A stretch of DNA of 64,000 bases from an uncultured Chlamydiae bacterium (GCA_963713615.1 CAVQMM010000001.1:192001-256000); one strand, 5' to 3'; shown: positions 18,079-29,228, numbered from the stretch's first letter. The notes: generated by a model not told the origin, from the letters alone. Numbers and translations: made by a program.

Positions 18079-20057
18079 GCGAGTGCTTGCCTCCTGACGC
18101 GTTCTTCTTCCATCTCTTTCACTTGAGCAGCTGTGATAATCTCATATTCATCTTCGCCAGAAAGTCGAATGATCAAGCACGTAATGATGCCCACAAAGCC
18201 TATCAGCGCGAGCCAAAAGATATGCCAGGTCATGGCAAACCCGAAGATTAACGCCAAGACCCCAATATATAACCCCATGGGTGTATTGACGGGCAGGTGT
18301 ATATCCTCGTAATGCTTTTCAGGCTTGGGTGCTTGACCCCTTTTTATAGCCCATACAGGATCCAGCTGGTCAACCGTGGGTGTAATGGCAAAGTTATAGA
18401 TCGGGGGTGGTGAAGGAATTGACCACTCCAATGTTCTGCCGTTCCAGGGATCGCCTGTCTTATCCAAGTTATCTTTACGGTTCTTGATGCTCTGATAGAG
18501 TCCATAGATCTGTATGAAGATGCCACATAAGATGATTAAAGCGCCTACGCCCGCCGTGATAAAGATAGGCTGCCATCCTGTAGATGCGTCATAATGGTCC
18601 AGGCGTCGTGTGGCTCCCATAAAGCCCAGCATGTAAAGAGGCATAAAGGCGACCAGGAAGCCGGTAAACCAACACCAAAAAGCATATCTGTTTAACTTTT
18701 CACTTAAGAAAAACCCTGTGACCTTGGGATACCAATAGGTAAATGCACAGAAAAAGCCAAAGAGCACTCCTCCGATCACCATGCCATGGAAGTGCGCGAT
18801 CAAAAACAGGCTATTGTGTACTTGGAAATCTACCGGTGGCGCAGAAAGAAGAATTCCGGTCATGCCCCCGACACTAAAGTTCAGCACAAATGCAAAAAAC
18901 CATAACATCGGAGAGTCAAAATGCACGCGTCCGCGAAATTTGGTAAACAGCCAGTTAAAAATTTTGACTCCTGTAGGGATGGCTATCAACATCGTCATAA
19001 TCGCGAAAAAGGCATTGACGTTAGGACTAGCGCCCATGGTGAAGAAATGGTGCAGCCATACGATAAAAGATAGAATCGTGATGACTCCAAGAGCCCATAC
19101 CATCGAAACGTATCCGAACAAGCGTTTTTCCGAAAACGTGGGTACCACTTCAGAAAAGACACCAAAAGCGGGCAACATCAAGATATAGACCTCAGGATGT
19201 CCCCAAGCCCACACGAGGTTGATGTACATCATCGGATTGCCGCCTCCTCCAGCTGTGAAGAAGTGCATGCCGAGGTAGCGATCTAGCGTCAGTAGAGCCA
19301 ACGTCGCCGTCAGAATAGGAAAGGCAAAAATCACCAGAAGCATAGAACACAAAGCGCTCCAAACGAAAATGGGCATCCTCATCAATGTCATGCCTGGACA
19401 ACGCATTTTCAGAATCGTCACCAAAAAATTAATCCCTGAGAGAGTACTCCCTATACCGGCGATCTGTACAATCCATATCCAATAGTCGACACCCTCTCCT
19501 GGGCTATATTCGAGGCCTGAGAGCGGGGGATATGCAAGCCATCCGGTCGCTGAAAAACTGCCTATGGTGAGCGATACAAGGCTCAGAATGGCGGCAGAGG
19601 CAAATAACCAGAAGCCTGCAGCGTTTAAGAAGGGATATGCGACGTCTCTGGCTCCGATCTGCAAGGGCACGATAAGGTTCAACATCCCGAATACAACACC
19701 CATCCCCACAAAGAAAATCATGGTCGTTCCATGGGCAGAAAAGACCTCTTGGAAGTGACCTGAAGAGATAAATCCATGGGAATCACCGACAGAAATAGCC
19801 TGCTGAAGGCGCATCATGAGGGCATCGGCAAACCCTTTACAAAGCATCAAAAGAGCCACAACGAGATACATAGCGCCAATTCTTTTGGGATCGACGGAGG
19901 TCAACCACTCTTTCCACAGATACTTCCAGGCCTTCAAGTAGAAAATAAGGGCGAGGAGACCGATGGTAGTCAGCAACATCCCGAAGACAGCCGCGTTTTG
20001 GCTGGCTTCGTGCCTGAAGGCGTCTAGAGTTAGTTTGCCAAACATGCTATGACTCAT
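18075..20057 (-). CDS. cyoB: Cytochrome bo3 ubiquinol oxidase subunit I
   Basis: WGHPEVY, WLHHFF, AHFH heme-copper ligands. Confidence 0.96.
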   Translation of the reverse strand: MSHSMFGKLTLDAFRHEASQNAAVFGMLLTTIGLLALIFYLKAWKYLWKEWLTSVDPKRIGAMYLVVALLMLCKGFADALMMRLQQAISVGDSHGFISSGHFQEVFSAHGTTMIFFVGMGVVFGMLNLIVPLQIGARDVAYPFLNAAGFWLFASAAILSLVSLTIGSFSATGWLAYPPLSGLEYSPGEGVDYWIWIVQIAGIGSTLSGINFLVTILKMRCPGMTLMRMPIFVWSALCSMLLVIFAFPILTATLALLTLDRYLGMHFFTAGGGGNPMMYINLVWAWGHPEVYILMLPAFGVFSEVVPTFSEKRLFGYVSMVWALGVITILSFIVWLHHFFTMGASPNVNAFFAIMTMLIAIPTGVKIFNWLFTKFRGRVHFDSPMLWFFAFVLNFSVGGMTGILLSAPPVDFQVHNSLFLIAHFHGMVIGGVLFGFFCAFTYWYPKVTGFFLSEKLNRYAFWCWFTGFLVAFMPLYMLGFMGATRRLDHYDASTGWQPIFITAGVGALIILCGIFIQIYGLYQSIKNRKDNLDKTGDPWNGRTLEWSIPSPPPIYNFAITPTVDQLDPVWAIKRGQAPKPEKHYEDIHLPVNTPMGLYIGVLALIFGFAMTWHIFWLALIGFVGIITCLIIRLSGEDEYEIITAAQVKEMEEERVRRQALA

Positions 20058-20934
20058 TCTCTTGTGGGTGCATATATTTCATCATGATCTGGTTGAATAA
20101 CTGATCATCGTTCAGCTGGTAAATTTCTACAGGGCTATCTTTACTCGGAGCCGCCAACGCCTCGTATTTCTCCCAGCTCAGTACATTTGTGGATTTTTTT
20201 GCTGATTCTATCCACTTTTCATAGTCCTCTTCTGATGAGACTCGAGTAATGAAATGCATCCCCGCGAAGCCTTCTCCACTGAGGTTTGCCGAAGATCCCC
20301 TGTAATCCCCAGCTTCCCAAGCGCTTAGATGTAATTCGGTTTTCATGTTTGGCATGGCATAAATTTGTCCACCGAGGTGGGGGATCCAAAAGGAATTCAT
20401 CGGCGCATCGGCGGTAATCTCAAAATGTACAGGAACGTGTCTGGGAAACTGTACAAAATTCACAGTCGCAATTTTTTCCTCTGGATACAGAAAGAGCCAT
20501 TTCCATTGTAGCGCAACGACCTGTATCGTCATCGTCTTCTTGTCGGAGACAAGGGGCTTATAAGGGTCCAATTCGTGTGTTTTTACCCACGTGAACACTG
20601 CCACAATGGTAGTCATCACGAAGGGGACTCCCCACCAAATGTATTCAGCGAAATGACTGTCCACCAAGTCAGGGTCGTATTTAGCCTTCGGATTTCCCGC
20701 TCGGTATTTCCAAGAAAAAATAAAGGTTAGAACGTATACGGGAATGATAACGAGTAACATGATGATTTGAAGGATAAACAGCAGATTGCGTTCCTCCAAG
20801 GCCACTATCCCTTTAGGGAAGAGGATAGCAATATAGTCGCGGAAATGATAAACGGATATGGGTTGCATGATCAAGACGATCAAGATAATTAAGCCTGAAA
20901 AGAGAAGCATTACCGGAACAAATTTTTTTGCCAT
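20047..20934 (-). CDS. cyoA: Cytochrome bo3 ubiquinol oxidase subunit II
   Basis: WKWLFLYP, MNSFWIP.LGGQIYAM; no CuA cysteines; likely start MAKKF at 20934. Confidence 0.92.
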   Translation of the reverse strand: MAKKFVPVMLLFSGLIILIVLIMQPISVYHFRDYIAILFPKGIVALEERNLLFILQIIMLLVIIPVYVLTFIFSWKYRAGNPKAKYDPDLVDSHFAEYIWWGVPFVMTTIVAVFTWVKTHELDPYKPLVSDKKTMTIQVVALQWKWLFLYPEEKIATVNFVQFPRHVPVHFEITADAPMNSFWIPHLGGQIYAMPNMKTELHLSAWEAGDYRGSSANLSGEGFAGMHFITRVSSEEDYEKWIESAKKSTNVLSWEKYEALAAPSKDSPVEIYQLNDDQLFNQIMMKYMHPQENES

Positions 20935-21025
20935 CCTTTCGAGAACCCTCCAATCTTTTGAATCCGTACTCAATACAAAATTCTTTGGTCTAAAGTCAAG
21001 AAAAGTTTTTAGCTTCCGGAACCCT

Positions 21026-21156
21026 TCCAAGTAACTCAAAAGGTTGGCTGGTGCAATTTCCCTATGTGGTGCAGTCATTCCATGACTGCGGAAATCCGTT
21101 ACAACTGTGGAGACGTTGAAAACAACGTCCCGTGTGAGGCAAACGCAGTCATGGAA
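21026..21156. repeat. Degenerate copy of the GTGG-CGCAGTCA-TTCCA-TGACTGCG REP-doublet element
   Basis: Similar to 21943-22113 and 33081-33249. Confidence 0.8.
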
Positions 21157-21352
21157 GCCTTGGGCCGAAGGCGATATAAAAACGCTTTTTATTATCTTGT
21201 TGCTATGCAATGTTGAGAGTTGCTCCTAGGTAGACATATCTAGTCTTGCCAAGAATCTTTATCGGACGACATTCCAGCCTTCAATACCGCGGTGATTGAA
21301 TTATTTTCACAAGGAAGCAAAGCCCAACGACGTTGACTTTCTAAAATAAATT

Positions 21353-21901
21353 TTGCAAGATGGGGGTATGAATAATGCCCCCATCTATCCCTATTTTGGT
21401 TATGGCTACAATCTCAATACTGAGCTGTTTAAGGAACGGCTTAAGGATGGGAAGTGGCTATCAGATGGGTTGCATAAGACGGGATCATTCGATGGCCCAC
21501 AGCCAATTGATTTAGGGACTTATGTTCTTCCGGACCACATTTTCAGCTACAATCTCGATCTGCAGAATTTCAAAGAGAAGGGAACCGTTGCTACAGTAAG
21601 CGTAGCTCGCAATCACCAAGTGCTGGGAGCACTGTACCATATCAATGAAATACAGCTGAAGCGACTTGATAGATCCGAGGAGGTACCGCGCATATACGAT
21701 AGGGTACTTGTCAAAGTTCACAAAGCCGGCGCTCCTCAGTTTGTTGCCGAGGCTTGGATGGATATAGCTAACGAGCGTGGCCTCACAACAACGCCTCATC
21801 CAGAGCAATATTATGTTGATGAAATTGTGAAAGCCGCAGAGGCTCGCGGATTTCCATCCAGTTACATCGACAAATACCTGCGTTTTCCACCAAAGGTATG
21901 A
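21353..21901 (+). CDS. Gamma-glutamylcyclotransferase (AIG2-like) family protein
   Basis: YFGYGYNL, GALY, LDRSEEVP..Y motifs. Confidence 0.75.
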   Translation: MQDGGMNNAPIYPYFGYGYNLNTELFKERLKDGKWLSDGLHKTGSFDGPQPIDLGTYVLPDHIFSYNLDLQNFKEKGTVATVSVARNHQVLGALYHINEIQLKRLDRSEEVPRIYDRVLVKVHKAGAPQFVAEAWMDIANERGLTTTPHPEQYYVDEIVKAAEARGFPSSYIDKYLRFPPKV

Positions 21902-21942
21902 GCTGAAAATTTAGACAAGTCTTGTCTAGGACATTTCATATT

Positions 21943-22113
21943 TCCAAGTAACTCAAATGTTGGCTGGCGCAATTTCCTATGTGGCGTAGTCATTCCATGA
22001 CTGCGAACAATCCATTGCAATTGTGGAGACGTGCAAAACAACGTCCCATGTGATGCAAACGGAATCTGTTTCAACCGTTCTCGCAGTCATGGAATGACTG
22101 TGCCACATAGGAA
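21943..22113. repeat. REPIN-like inverted doublet
   Basis: 33-bp arms 21974-22006/22081-22113, each containing a GTGG tag and a palindrome. Confidence 0.88.
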
Positions 22114-22123
22114 GCCCTGTTGG

Positions 22124-23164
22124 TTAACCGCTGGTAACTTTGATCTGTTCTAACCAGCTTTTCCATTCTTGAATTTGCTCATCCGTTGCTTTGTTATCTG
22201 AGCCACTGAAGTGGGTGATGGAGAAGTAGTCCTTTCCCGCCATGAATGATTTAACAATCGCATTGCGCTGTAGATGATCTTTTTGATGATGGTAAAAATA
22301 GATAATCTCCGTAGGAGCTTCCGACAAAACCTCAATTTTTACAGACTCTCCCCCTACCCTCCAAATGTTCTCCTTTTCCCTATCAAATAGAGGTTGAATG
22401 GTATCTACTTTGCGGTTTGGCATGCTCACGATTTCTAAACATTCGCTAAAGTAGCTGCCCTTAAAGTCAGGAGAAATGTAAACTTTATTCGCACAACCCT
22501 CAGCATTTTCAAGAGTTCTATTTAGCTTCCAGTCTTTCCACCGACCTAAATCTAGCCTATCCTGCAATCTACTCGCAAAAGACAGTTCATTTCCCGTTTT
22601 CCAAAGAGCCTGTTCAAAGGGTATTATAGAAGCCGAATCCTGCAACAGAGCAAGCCATTTGTCTCGTTCAACATGGGTCATTAGGTCGTGCTTTGTGGTA
22701 AATCCTATGCTGTAGATGTTGTCCTTATTCAAAAATATTCGGGTTATATCACGTTGTTTGGAAACATCGCCGTGGTTGTCATGCAATACCCACTCATAGA
22801 TTGCATCTGCTTTCCCCATCTTCAAAACCTGAAAGCTGACCTTGTCCCGGGGGTAGCTATTAAGGGTTGTATCCTCGACTCTTCGAATCACTTCTTTGAT
22901 AGAACGGATTTTGCTGTTACGCATATCTAGGCACTGAATGCAGACAAGTTCCGTCCAATGTTTCGCGTCTTGCTCTGATGGAATGTATTCGACGATCCCC
23001 TCACGGGCGTTCATTCCTCTAGTAATTTCCTTCCACTGCTTAGGCAAGCTATCGAGTCGTAGAGATGGGGTAAAGTCAGGCACTTCAGAAGCTGCTTGCG
23101 CATTTGCTACAAAAAATTGGCAGGTTAAGGTGGTCACAAGCAAATACAAGATGCCTTTAAACAT
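22124..23164 (-). CDS. Secreted hypothetical protein (paralog A of a tandem duplication)
   Basis: Signal-peptide-like N-terminus; 346 aa, highly similar to 24030-25070. Confidence 0.8.
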   Translation of the reverse strand: MFKGILYLLVTTLTCQFFVANAQAASEVPDFTPSLRLDSLPKQWKEITRGMNAREGIVEYIPSEQDAKHWTELVCIQCLDMRNSKIRSIKEVIRRVEDTTLNSYPRDKVSFQVLKMGKADAIYEWVLHDNHGDVSKQRDITRIFLNKDNIYSIGFTTKHDLMTHVERDKWLALLQDSASIIPFEQALWKTGNELSFASRLQDRLDLGRWKDWKLNRTLENAEGCANKVYISPDFKGSYFSECLEIVSMPNRKVDTIQPLFDREKENIWRVGGESVKIEVLSEAPTEIIYFYHHQKDHLQRNAIVKSFMAGKDYFSITHFSGSDNKATDEQIQEWKSWLEQIKVTSG

Positions 23165-23377
23165 ATCTGTCCTTACAACACGATTTGACGTTTACACGTA
23201 CTGTTTGGTTAATCTTAGAGGGCAGTGTATTTTTATCTTGAGTTTAGGGCAAGTGAGTAATCGTGGATTTTATTCTTGCCTTAGCGACTAAGGTTCTTGG
23301 GAAGAATTGGGGCGACGCAGTCGGTTGGGGCTCCAGAGCGCTTCGCGCGTGTTATTCGATGTTGTCTGTTTTCTACG

Positions 23378-24025
23378 CTAGGTCTTCATAGCCGCCGCTA
23401 GCCCGTCAACATCAAGATGGCATATGATAGATAGATTTTGGTTGATTTTCTCGATACTCCAATTCCACCAAGCTATTTCGAGTAGACGAGCAATGGTTTG
23501 ATCATCAAAACGCATTTTAACTATTTTGGCAGGATTTCCAGCTACAATAGCATAAGGAGGTACATCCTTGACCACTGTGGCGCGTGCGGCGATGATGGCA
23601 CCATCCCCGATATTCACTCCTCCCTTAATCAGGGAGTCATACCCAAACCAGACATCGTTGCCCACCACAATGTCCCCCTTCACCGGCAGAGCTGAGAGGT
23701 CAAAGGCTGTCTCCCAACCGTTTTGAAATAAGGGAAACGGATAGGTGCTGATGGCATCGAGCTTGTGATCGCCTGTCATGAGAAATCGTGTTTCCGCTGC
23801 GATGGCGCAGAATTTTCCAATAACAAGTTTCATCTTGGAATGATCGTAGTTATACAGAACATTATTAGCTTCAAAAGCTTCGGGGCCGTTTCGAGGATCA
23901 TCAAAATAGGTGTAGTCACCGACAAAAATATTACTGGCTTTTATGAAGTGCTTTAGAAAGATGAGTTTTTCATCGTTCTTGATTGGGTAATGAGATTGTG
24001 GATCTGGACCGGCCAATGCATTCAT
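23378..24025 (-). CDS. Vat/CatB-related xenobiotic O-acetyltransferase (hexapeptide repeat)
   Basis: VGDYTYFDD, IGKFCAIA, STYPF, VGNDVWFG, VAGNPAK, LLEIAWWNW. Confidence 0.9.
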   Translation of the reverse strand: MNALAGPDPQSHYPIKNDEKLIFLKHFIKASNIFVGDYTYFDDPRNGPEAFEANNVLYNYDHSKMKLVIGKFCAIAAETRFLMTGDHKLDAISTYPFPLFQNGWETAFDLSALPVKGDIVVGNDVWFGYDSLIKGGVNIGDGAIIAARATVVKDVPPYAIVAGNPAKIVKMRFDDQTIARLLEIAWWNWSIEKINQNLSIICHLDVDGLAAAMKT

Positions 24026-24029
24026 TTGT

Positions 24030-25070
24030 TTAGCTGTTGGTAACTTTGATTTGTTTCAGCCAACTCTTCCATTCTTGAATTTGCTCATCCGTTGCTTTGT
24101 TATCTGACCCACTGAAGTGGGTGATGGAGAAGTAGTCCTTTCCAACCATGAATGATTTCACAATCGCATTGCGCTGTAGATGATCTTTCGGATGATGGTA
24201 AAAATAGATAATCTCTGTAGGAGCCTCCGACAAAACCTCAATTTTTACAGACTTTCCCCCTATTCTCCGAATGCTCTCCTTTTCTACATCAAATAGCGCT
24301 TGAATGGTATCTACTTTGCAATTTGGCATGCTCACTATTTCTAAACATTCGTTAAAGTAGCTGCCGTTAAAGTCAGGAGAAATGTAAACTTTGTTCGCAC
24401 AACCTTCAGCAGTTTCAAGAGTTCTATTTAGCTTCCAGTCCTTCCACCGGCCTAAATCTAGCCTATCCTGTAGTCTACTGGCAAATGACAGTTCATTTTC
24501 CGTTCTCCAAAGAGCCTGTTCGAAGGGGACTATAGAAACCGAATCCTGCAACACAGCAAACCATTTGTCTCGTTCGATATGGGTCATTGGCTCATGTTTT
24601 TTGGTAAATCCTATTCTGTAGACGTTACCTTTGTTAAAAAAAACTCGAGCTATGTCATGTTGCTTGGGCACATCGCCTTGGTCGTCATGCAATACCCATT
24701 CATAGACTGCATCTGCTTTCCCCATCTTCAAAACCTGAAAGCTGACCTTGTCCCGGGGGTAGCTATTAAGGGTTGTATTCTCGATTCTTCGAATCACCTC
24801 TTTGATAGAACGGATTTTGCCATTACGCACATCTAGGCTCTGAATGCAGATGAGTTCCGTCCAATGTTTCGCGTCCTGCTCTGGAGGAATGTATTCGACG
24901 ATCCCCTCACGGGCGTTCATTCCTCTAGTAATTTCCTTCCACTGCTTAGGCAAGCTATCGAGCCGTAGCGATGGGGTAAAGTCAGGTACTTCAGAAGCTG
25001 TTTGCGCGTTTGCTACAAAAAATTGGCAGGTTAAGGTGGTCACAAGCAAATACAAGATGCCCTTAAACAT
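24030..25070 (-). CDS. Secreted hypothetical protein (paralog B)
   Basis: Same length as and near-identical to 22124-23164. Confidence 0.8.
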   Translation of the reverse strand: MFKGILYLLVTTLTCQFFVANAQTASEVPDFTPSLRLDSLPKQWKEITRGMNAREGIVEYIPPEQDAKHWTELICIQSLDVRNGKIRSIKEVIRRIENTTLNSYPRDKVSFQVLKMGKADAVYEWVLHDDQGDVPKQHDIARVFFNKGNVYRIGFTKKHEPMTHIERDKWFAVLQDSVSIVPFEQALWRTENELSFASRLQDRLDLGRWKDWKLNRTLETAEGCANKVYISPDFNGSYFNECLEIVSMPNCKVDTIQALFDVEKESIRRIGGKSVKIEVLSEAPTEIIYFYHHPKDHLQRNAIVKSFMVGKDYFSITHFSGSDNKATDEQIQEWKSWLKQIKVTNS

Positions 25071-25176
25071 ATCTGTCCTTACAACACCATTTGACGTTTA
25101 CACGTACTGTTTGGTTAATCTTGGAAGACAGTATATTTTTATTTTGAGTTTAGGGCAAGTGAACAATCGTGGTTTA

Positions 25177-25236
25177 AAAAAACATGAGCCACAGAAGTGT
25201 GATGCGGATACGCAATCCCTCAGCACCTCTGTGGCC
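25177..25236 (-). terminator. Probable intrinsic terminator after dnaK
   Basis: gccacagaagtg / cacctctgtggc stem followed on the minus strand by a T run. Confidence 0.5.
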
Positions 25237-25242
25237 GGTTTT

Positions 25243-27201
25243 TTACTTGTTTTGGCTGTCGTCGGCGTCGAGGATTTCTACCTCAGCGTCTTCGATAACC
25301 TGATCATTAGAGTCTTGCTGTCCTTGACCTGCATTCGGTGGAGCTTGGTGTTGGCTCGCTTCTGGTCCATGACCAGCTGCAGCGCCAGCGCCCTTCGACA
25401 TGGCCTCGCCAATGTGCTGCATGTGCGTTTCTAGCTCTTGCTTGGCCTTGCGGATAGCATCAATATTGCCTTTCTCCAGCGCTGCCTTCACCGCGTCGAC
25501 CTTTTCCTGGACGTCTTTGGCGACTTCTGCAGGAATTTTGTCCTTGTACTGGTCGAGCGCATGCTTAGCACGGAATGCCAGCGAGTCTGCTTCATTGCGC
25601 ACTTCAGCTTCTTCCTTGCGCTTGCGGTCTTCTTCCTTATGCGCGTCCGCATCCTTAACCATCCGTTGAATTTCGGATTCGTCAAGGCCCGATGACGCTT
25701 CAATACGAATCTTCTGCTCTTTGCCAGATGCGACGTCTCTCGCCGATACATGCAAGATACCGTCCGCATCAATGTCAAAGGCTACTTCGATCTGCGGCAT
25801 TCCACGTGGCGAAGGAGGGATATCCGTCAGGTCAAATCGACCGATCTCCTTATTGTCCTTGGCCATTGGACGCTCGCCCTGCAATACCACTATAGTAACG
25901 GCTGGTTGGTTGTCCGCAGCAGTCGAAAAGACCTGTTTCTTCTGCGTCGGGATCGTCGTATTGCGCTCCACCAATGGGGTCATGACGCCGCCCAGCGTCT
26001 CGATACCTAGTGTCAGAGGAATAACATCCAGCAGTAAGACGTCTTTGACGTCCCCTGTCAAAACGCCGCCCTGAATAGCCGCGCCGATGGCAACGACTTC
26101 GTCAGGGTTAACTCCCTTATGAGGTTCTTTACGGAAGAGCGACTTAACCAATTCCTGTACAGCAGGCATACGTGTCATGCCTCCCACCAAGATGACTTCG
26201 CTGATATCTTCAGGGGTGACACCAGCGTCTTTCATAGCCTTCAGGCAGGGTTCTTTTGTACGTTCAATTAGGTTATGGCACAGGCTTTCGAGTTTGGAAC
26301 GCGTGAGGGTTAGCGATAAATGCTTTGGCCCCGAGGCATCCATCGTGATGAATGGCTGGTTGATCTCTGTAGATTGTGTGCCCGACAATTCAATCTTGGC
26401 TTTCTCAGCAGCATCGCGGACGCGCTGAAGGGCCATTTTGTCGGCACTCAGATCAATCCCAGTTTCCTTCTTGAACTCCCCTAGAATCCAGTGGATGATT
26501 TCATGGTCGAAGTCGTCGCCACCAAGGTGCGTGTCGCCATTGGTTGCCAAAACTTCAAAGACGCCATCACCAATCTCGAGGATGGAAATATCGAATGTAC
26601 CGCCCCCTAAGTCATAGACGGCAACCTTTTGGTCAGCCTTGTCTTTATCCAGGCCATAGGCTAAGGCTGCAGCGGTTGGTTCAGGGATAATTCTTTTTAC
26701 ATCTAGGCCCGCGATACGACCGGCGTCTTTGGTAGACTGACGCTGGGAATCGTTAAAGTAAGCAGGGACGGTAATGACCGCTTCGGTGACTGGTTCACCG
26801 AGGTATTCTTCGGCCGTTTGTTTCATCTTTACGAGAATTTGAGCAGCGATTTCTTCTGGCGTAATTGGCTTGCCATGAATTTCGAAGACAGCATCTCCAT
26901 TATTGCCTTTAGTGACTTTAAAGGGGACGGTGCTCATCTCGCTGGCAACTTCGTCGTACTTACGTCCGATGAAACGCTTAGAGGAGACAACGGTATTTTC
27001 TGGGTTGGTAACAGCTTGACGCTTCGCAGGGATACCGACGATGCGTTCATTACCTTTGAAGGCTACAATAGAGGGGGTTGTGCGACTCCCTTCAGCGGAG
27101 GCGATGACCTTAGGCTGTCCACCTTCCATCACGGCTACGCAGGAGTTGGTGGTGCCTAGGTCAATACCTATGATTCTACCTTTTTTCTTCTTCTCGGTCA
27201 T
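25243..27201 (-). CDS. dnaK: Chaperone DnaK
   Basis: [26 protein letters not shown]. Confidence 0.98.
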   Translation of the reverse strand: MTEKKKKGRIIGIDLGTTNSCVAVMEGGQPKVIASAEGSRTTPSIVAFKGNERIVGIPAKRQAVTNPENTVVSSKRFIGRKYDEVASEMSTVPFKVTKGNNGDAVFEIHGKPITPEEIAAQILVKMKQTAEEYLGEPVTEAVITVPAYFNDSQRQSTKDAGRIAGLDVKRIIPEPTAAALAYGLDKDKADQKVAVYDLGGGTFDISILEIGDGVFEVLATNGDTHLGGDDFDHEIIHWILGEFKKETGIDLSADKMALQRVRDAAEKAKIELSGTQSTEINQPFITMDASGPKHLSLTLTRSKLESLCHNLIERTKEPCLKAMKDAGVTPEDISEVILVGGMTRMPAVQELVKSLFRKEPHKGVNPDEVVAIGAAIQGGVLTGDVKDVLLLDVIPLTLGIETLGGVMTPLVERNTTIPTQKKQVFSTAADNQPAVTIVVLQGERPMAKDNKEIGRFDLTDIPPSPRGMPQIEVAFDIDADGILHVSARDVASGKEQKIRIEASSGLDESEIQRMVKDADAHKEEDRKRKEEAEVRNEADSLAFRAKHALDQYKDKIPAEVAKDVQEKVDAVKAALEKGNIDAIRKAKQELETHMQHIGEAMSKGAGAAAGHGPEASQHQAPPNAGQGQQDSNDQVIEDAEVEILDADDSQNK

Positions 27202-27237
27202 ATTTGACTCCTTAGTTTGCTACGTATTTAACTTTTT

Positions 27238-27891
27238 TTAGCCCTCGACTGGGGTCTCTGGCGCTTTCGGTGCAGAGGGCTGTGGCTTGCGGCTAGTTTT
27301 TACGCGAGCTGGCCGTATTGTTCGGTCGCCCATTTTATAGCCGCGGGTAAACTCTTCTAAAATGGTACCTGGGGGTAGTTCATCGCTTTCAACGACTTCA
27401 ACAGCTTCGTGTTCGTGTGGGTCGAAGGCTACTCCCTGGGTTGGTATTGGTGCTACACCATGGAAGGCTAAGACATCCTTAAACTGGGTTAGGATCATCT
27501 CGAAGCCAAGGGCCCAATTTTTGACCTCTTCAGATCCAGCCTCAGCGAAGGTCAAGGCTTTCTCCAGGTTGTCCAAAGGATGCAGAAACTCCACTATAGT
27601 ATTAGCGAGGGTGTACTTGGAGTATTCTTCCTTTTCTTTACTCATGCGCTTGCGCAGATTTTCGCCATCGGCGAGAGCCCTTAAGTATTTGTCTTTATAG
27701 CTTCTGGCCTCTTCCGTGAGGCGAATAAGCTCAGTATCAGAAATAGTCACCGTTTTACCTGTTCCTTCGCCTTCGAGCACTTCAGGACCAATGGTACCTT
27801 CTGGTGTCTGTGTTTCTGATTGCTCTTCGGGTGTTTCCTGAAGAACCTCTTCCTGTCTGTCAAGTTCCTGATCGTCTTGGCCTTGAGCCAT
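27238..27891 (-). CDS. grpE: Nucleotide exchange factor GrpE
   Basis: YLRALADGENLRKR, FDPHEHEAV, RGYKMGDRTIRPARV. Confidence 0.95.
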   Translation of the reverse strand: MAQGQDDQELDRQEEVLQETPEEQSETQTPEGTIGPEVLEGEGTGKTVTISDTELIRLTEEARSYKDKYLRALADGENLRKRMSKEKEEYSKYTLANTIVEFLHPLDNLEKALTFAEAGSEEVKNWALGFEMILTQFKDVLAFHGVAPIPTQGVAFDPHEHEAVEVVESDELPPGTILEEFTRGYKMGDRTIRPARVKTSRKPQPSAPKAPETPVEG

Positions 27892-27912
27892 GAGTCTATC
27901 TCCTGCTTTTAT

Positions 27913-29079
27913 CTAGGTACTTTGGTCTTCCAATAGGTACTTACTCGACTGCTCCAGGAGCAGTTTTTCGGTATCTGGCAGATGGAAACCCGCTGGTGCG
28001 GGTTGGCGTACCGATATTTTAAATTTGTATACGCTCTGAGTTAGGGTATCGCTGATGTCTTGCGAAAAGCGTTGCAGAGCCGCAAACAGCTTGTCATAAG
28101 GGATGCGTGTAGGACCCAATAGTCCAATAGCTCCTGTAGCCGTTTGGTGAATGTAGTAGGGGATTGCCAGGACTGCTGCCATGGCTGGCGCTTGGGTAAA
28201 GGGTTCCAGGTCCTCACCGATCCAAAATTTTAATTGGTTATGCGAGGTGCAGTCGCGGAGCAGTAGACGCATTCCATGGATGCTCTCGAAGAGCGCTAAG
28301 CCGGTCGCTAGGGTCTGTACATTATCAAATTCAGGGTAGGACAAAAGCTTAGAAAAGCCTGTGCGGTAGATGTCTTCATCGGCAAAGTTAGAGTAGCGTA
28401 CAACATATCTAACCATGACTTCGTTAAAGAACTCCTGAGCAAGCTTTTCTTCATGTTTTTCCATATTGGCGGGCTTATCGCGTCCTGAAAGGCGCCATAA
28501 AAAATAGCCTTCGAGGCGTTTTGCGGAAAAAGAGCTTAACTTCGCATCGCTATGTAAAATAGCGGTTTGAATGATACCGAAGTCAGTAATCAGCACACAC
28601 AGGCAGCGATGTGGATCGAGCATCACAACTTTAATATCGATGATATAGTCGTGATCAAAGCGCGGTGCGGAGAGAAACACTGCGGTACTTGTATATCTGC
28701 TGAGAAGTTCGGCCATTTCCTGAAGGTAACGTGCGATTTCGCGTGTTTGACTTTCTTCTGGCGAGGCGAGCTTGACGCCTGCAGCTTTGGGTAACTCTCC
28801 CGAGGCTAATATTTCTTGTGCATAGAAACGGTAGGCTTTGTCAGTGGGGATACGCCCCCCAGAGGCGTGTAGTTGGTGGAGAAAACCTTCCTGTTCCAGC
28901 TGGGCGAAGTAGTTACGTAGTGTGGCCGAGCTAAGCTGATGAAAACCTTCGTCTTTGAGCGTATGGGATCCTACGGCCTTGCCAGTTTTTATATAATACT
29001 CTACTAAACCCAGTAGAACTTTATACAGGCGGGCCTCTTTGATGGAACGCACGGGAGCTATTAATCGAAGCGATTTCAA
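27913..29079 (-). CDS. hrcA: Heat-inducible transcription repressor HrcA
   Basis: YIKTGKAVGS, SSATLRNY, HASGGRIPT. Confidence 0.95.
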   Translation of the reverse strand: MKSLRLIAPVRSIKEARLYKVLLGLVEYYIKTGKAVGSHTLKDEGFHQLSSATLRNYFAQLEQEGFLHQLHASGGRIPTDKAYRFYAQEILASGELPKAAGVKLASPEESQTREIARYLQEMAELLSRYTSTAVFLSAPRFDHDYIIDIKVVMLDPHRCLCVLITDFGIIQTAILHSDAKLSSFSAKRLEGYFLWRLSGRDKPANMEKHEEKLAQEFFNEVMVRYVVRYSNFADEDIYRTGFSKLLSYPEFDNVQTLATGLALFESIHGMRLLLRDCTSHNQLKFWIGEDLEPFTQAPAMAAVLAIPYYIHQTATGAIGLLGPTRIPYDKLFAALQRFSQDISDTLTQSVYKFKISVRQPAPAGFHLPDTEKLLLEQSSKYLLEDQST

Positions 29080-29106
29080 GGTTCATCTCCTTTTACTCTA
29101 CCTTAG

Positions 29107-29169
29107 ATCTTATCATACGACAAATGAGATGGTCAAGTAAATTTAGCACTCAAATTAATCGTCTGCTGA
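29107..29169 (-). promoter_or_regulatory. hrcA operon promoter with upstream CIRCE operator
   Basis: CIRCE TTAGCACTC-N9-GTCTGCTGA at 29143-29169 (one perfect arm); minus strand TTGACC (29131-29136)-N18-TAAGAT (29107-29112). Confidence 0.75.
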
Positions 29170-29228
29170 ATTTTAAGCTGGATTGACCCCGTACTCGGGG
29201 ATTTCTGGCATTTTAGCCTCCCATGTGC

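Noticed and set aside
20935..21210. Long N-terminal extension of cyoA in the ORF track
   Set aside because: It runs through a repeat element; the start at 20934 gives a normal-length subunit II
24844..27241. Antisense ORFs over dnaK (and similar ones over cyoB, aas and the 1699-aa gene)
   Set aside because: Shadow ORFs opposite well-supported genes
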